A stretch of DNA of 64,000 nt from Torpedo marmorata (taxonomy: Eukaryota): NCBI GenBank assembly GCA_977017645.1, contig OZ360229.1:26350001-26414000 (forward strand). The letters are read 5' to 3'. This document shows, piece by piece, positions 61,166 through 64,000 of the stretch (positions are counted from its first letter, which is position 1; each line of letters opens with the position of its first letter). Under the pieces are notes generated by a model. It saw only the letters and a program-made list of their open reading frames with translations. It had not been told where the DNA came from and made no database searches. Made by a program: the position numbers and the translations under genes.

Positions 61166-61605
61166 CACGGGCCGTGGCATGGTGCAGGTTGTGGCTCGGG
61201 GCGACAGCTGTAAAGCTTCAGACACACTGACAGTGGGCAGGGGAAGATCAACAGTTGGTGGGTCTGCCGGAACAGAGAGAGAGAAATAAAGAGCGCATCT
61301 TGCCGTTTGTATGGGGAAAGAGGGTGGCGTTCACCTGTGGGTAGGGGGCAGTTAAAAGGGGATACCTTTTGCAATCCACATGACAACACTTACCCTCATC
61401 ACTCGCCGGTAATCAGAGTCTAAGGGTGCGTGCGAGAGCATCCATTCAACATTATGACAAAAGTTGCACATTTATTTATGATTAGCTGTTTAAGCGACCA
61501 CTGCGGGAAGGGAGGGGGTGTACTTTCAATCAGATAAGAACAGAAGCACATTTCCATTCTCCCCGAACCCGACAAAATATAACTTTTAAAAAAACGGAGA
61601 CTCAC

Positions 61606-61858
61606 TGAGTTTCAGCATTACCACGTCGCCAGTTGAAGGGTAGTTCAACCTCTCGGCGAACTCTCGGCTGTACCAGACCAACAGCTCATCGCTGGGTGGG
61701 ATTGGTTTCACGGTGTAGAAGTAAATGTCGGTGCCATTCTGACAGGCAACGAGGTTCTGCTCCGCCGCCGAGTGTGCGGGGTTCACGTACCGCATCCAGT
61801 TACTCTTGCACTCGTTGTAGCCGTCCAGGAAATGTTGCAACCTCCCGGAGGAATAAAC
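61606..61858 (-). CDS. PRDM1: PRDM1-like PR/SET-domain exon (253 bp)
   Basis: [60 protein letters not shown] acceptor and GTGAGT donor; the phase fits the next exon. Confidence 0.95.
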
Positions 61859-62510
61859 CTATGGTGAAAATTACAGTAACGTAAACATAGCGCTGGATGC
61901 ATTGCTTTTTTTTTTAATGTAAAGATCGAAAATAGGTTCCTGATACCACAATAAATGGATCAGTAGAACACAAGTAATCAACCTTCTCCATGTAATCACG
62001 GGACCACTTCTGCGCTGTTCAGTGTTACTGTGCGTGGAGCAGAAACAAGAGTACGATTCCTCACACCTCCCTCTTTACAGATTCTAATAAGACTAAAGCT
62101 GTCATGATAAGCGAGCTATTTATAACAGCTATCACATGATAACATTTGATGACGCGACGTTTCTCAGGGTTGGATCTTTCTCTGTGTGTGTCTGTTTCAC
62201 GCCCTTGAATTTTTACAATCATTGACCTCACCCATCTCTCTCCGGCAATTTTCCGCCAGTTAATGCCTTCCAGATCAAGAAGTTAAAACAGCTGATGTCA
62301 TTTGTTGTTTCTTTTCTGAATGAGGAGATGGCAGTAAGCCAGGGGATTTTGGACAAGGTGCAGGAATCGAAATGCAAGTATGATGCCAAACATATCGTTT
62401 CGCCTTTGAGATTATTCTACTAATAGGAAGGACTAATCGACAGTACCTGACCACAAATTCCCCTGGTGCCATCCGACCAGGGACCCTGCTCTTTCAGAAA
62501 CCCTCAGTCT

Positions 62511-62737
62511 CAGCCATTCTCAACAGGGGCCCTGGGGACCACCCACAGCACATTTAAGTAAAAGCCTTGTTTTCTTTTCACCTCTTGTAACAAAAAATGT
62601 TGTGTTTTATGTAATCGGTTGGAGAGAAGTACAGAAGAAACCAAAAATTGACTGCTTCACAGGGAAGGGGGCCCATAATCGGAGTTGAGTGCGGGGGGAG
62701 GGGGGGGGCATAGCTGAAAAAAGGTTGAGAATCGTTG
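62511..62737. mobile_element. hAT MITE, second copy
   Basis: CAGCCATTCTCAAC..GTTGAGAATCGTTG, with an interior similar to 11947-12173. Confidence 0.75.
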
Positions 62738-64000
62738 CTCTAGTGCATTAGTTTACTGGTGATTCTCGCTGATCCTGGAGCTAAACACCGAGGAGGACCC
62801 AGCACAATTCTCTCCACGTTCCAAATATGCCCTTTACTGAGGGTTTATCAAGATTTTTTTTCTCCCTGAGCCCACTGTTACTATCTCCACAATTACTGAC
62901 GATTAGCTGGGTCTCACTGTCATCGACTCCCACTGGGGTGCCGTTCCCATGGTACCATCTCCCTCTAGGGCACAGGTAGGTGTTGTGGGCACTGCATCCA
63001 CTGGGGTATAGACTCCTCAGGCACCAACCCAGTGGCACTTGAGTGCCATGGGCATCAATATTCACCAGTTGCGACTCCTGTGGCACTGACTGACCAGGGC
63101 AGAGCTCCCATGGAGACCAACTTCCACCAAGAGAAGGCTCTCAAGAACTATGTCACGGGCACCAACTCCCAGCAGTGCTCAGACCATGGTCAGGATTTCA
63201 TTGCTGTAGAGGTGCCAAAGTTCACTGAGCCTGGTCCACAAAGCACCAATACATTCTTGCTGCTGCACTGATTTCCAGTGAACCAACAACAGTATCATTA
63301 AGGCATTTCACTCTTTGCAAAGTTTCTCACAGAGAAATATTAGGCAAATGAGCAAAGCTTGACCAGACATTGAAGCTTTTTTTAAGGAGCACAATTAGGC
63401 CATGCAGCCCATTATGTCTGCTGCACTATTCAAATCATGACTGGTGTATTTTTCCTCTCAACCCCTTTCTCCTGCCTTCTCCCCATAACATTTATTTCAC
63501 ACCCCAACTAATCAAAAACCTATTAACCTCTGCAATGATTTGGCCTCCACTACCATCTGTCTGGCTGAAGAAATCCCTCCTCAAGGAGTATCACAAATGA
63601 AGAAAAAATAAGTAATTAGAGATAAGGACGTTCATGGACGGTACTTCATAGCTTTACCCCTCAAAGTGTAGCTGCTAATGGTGGTTCCATATAAATTGGT
63701 GCGAACAAGCGTTTAGAATTGGAGGCAAAGGTATCCCAGAGAGTTTGGACATGGGATGAGATTTGGATATGATTCTTGGGTGAAGTTCATCCAGATCCTG
63801 AAGACTGATAACATTTTGAGTACATCTATCATGGAAGTACGTAAACAATACAGCCCAGAAACTACCCATTTGTCCCAAACTGTCAATGGCACCCTTATTG
63901 CTCCATGGAACCTCTTAATGCCTTTCCTTATCCAAATATATTTGCATATCTCACTGTAACAAAGTACAATCAGCTTCCAAGGTGGGTGGATGAGGTCTCA

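Noticed and set aside
62770-63275. GC-balanced stretch with short ORFs as a possible exon
   Set aside because: No recognisable motif or convincing splice pair; probably a decayed repeat.
61900-64000. Upstream PRDM1-like exon (GTRFGP..KYFWR)
   Set aside because: No such translation was seen; the exon probably lies beyond the window.

Overview
Vertebrate genomic DNA, most likely elasmobranch (shark/ray), judged from HE1-type V-SINEs with matching CR1 tails, Deu-domain SINEs and shark-type Penelope remnants. The only host gene is a PRDM1/Blimp-1-family gene on the minus strand. Its last four coding exons (61606-61858, 51002-52038, 48452-48580, 47050-47607) are in the window and its upstream exons were not found. 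Positions 1-40 kb are mostly nested mobile DNA: Rex1/Babar, CR1 and L1 LINEs, Penelope remnants with hammerhead motifs, a Mag-type and a CsRN1-type Gypsy, non-autonomous DNA transposons with long hairpins and a 5S rRNA-derived SINE. The most notable element is a gag-only class III (ERV-L/ERV-S-like) endogenous retrovirus with a tRNA-Ser PBS, built like a mammalian MaLR. An N gap lies at 13715-14540. All family assignments come from recognising motifs by eye; no database search was run.
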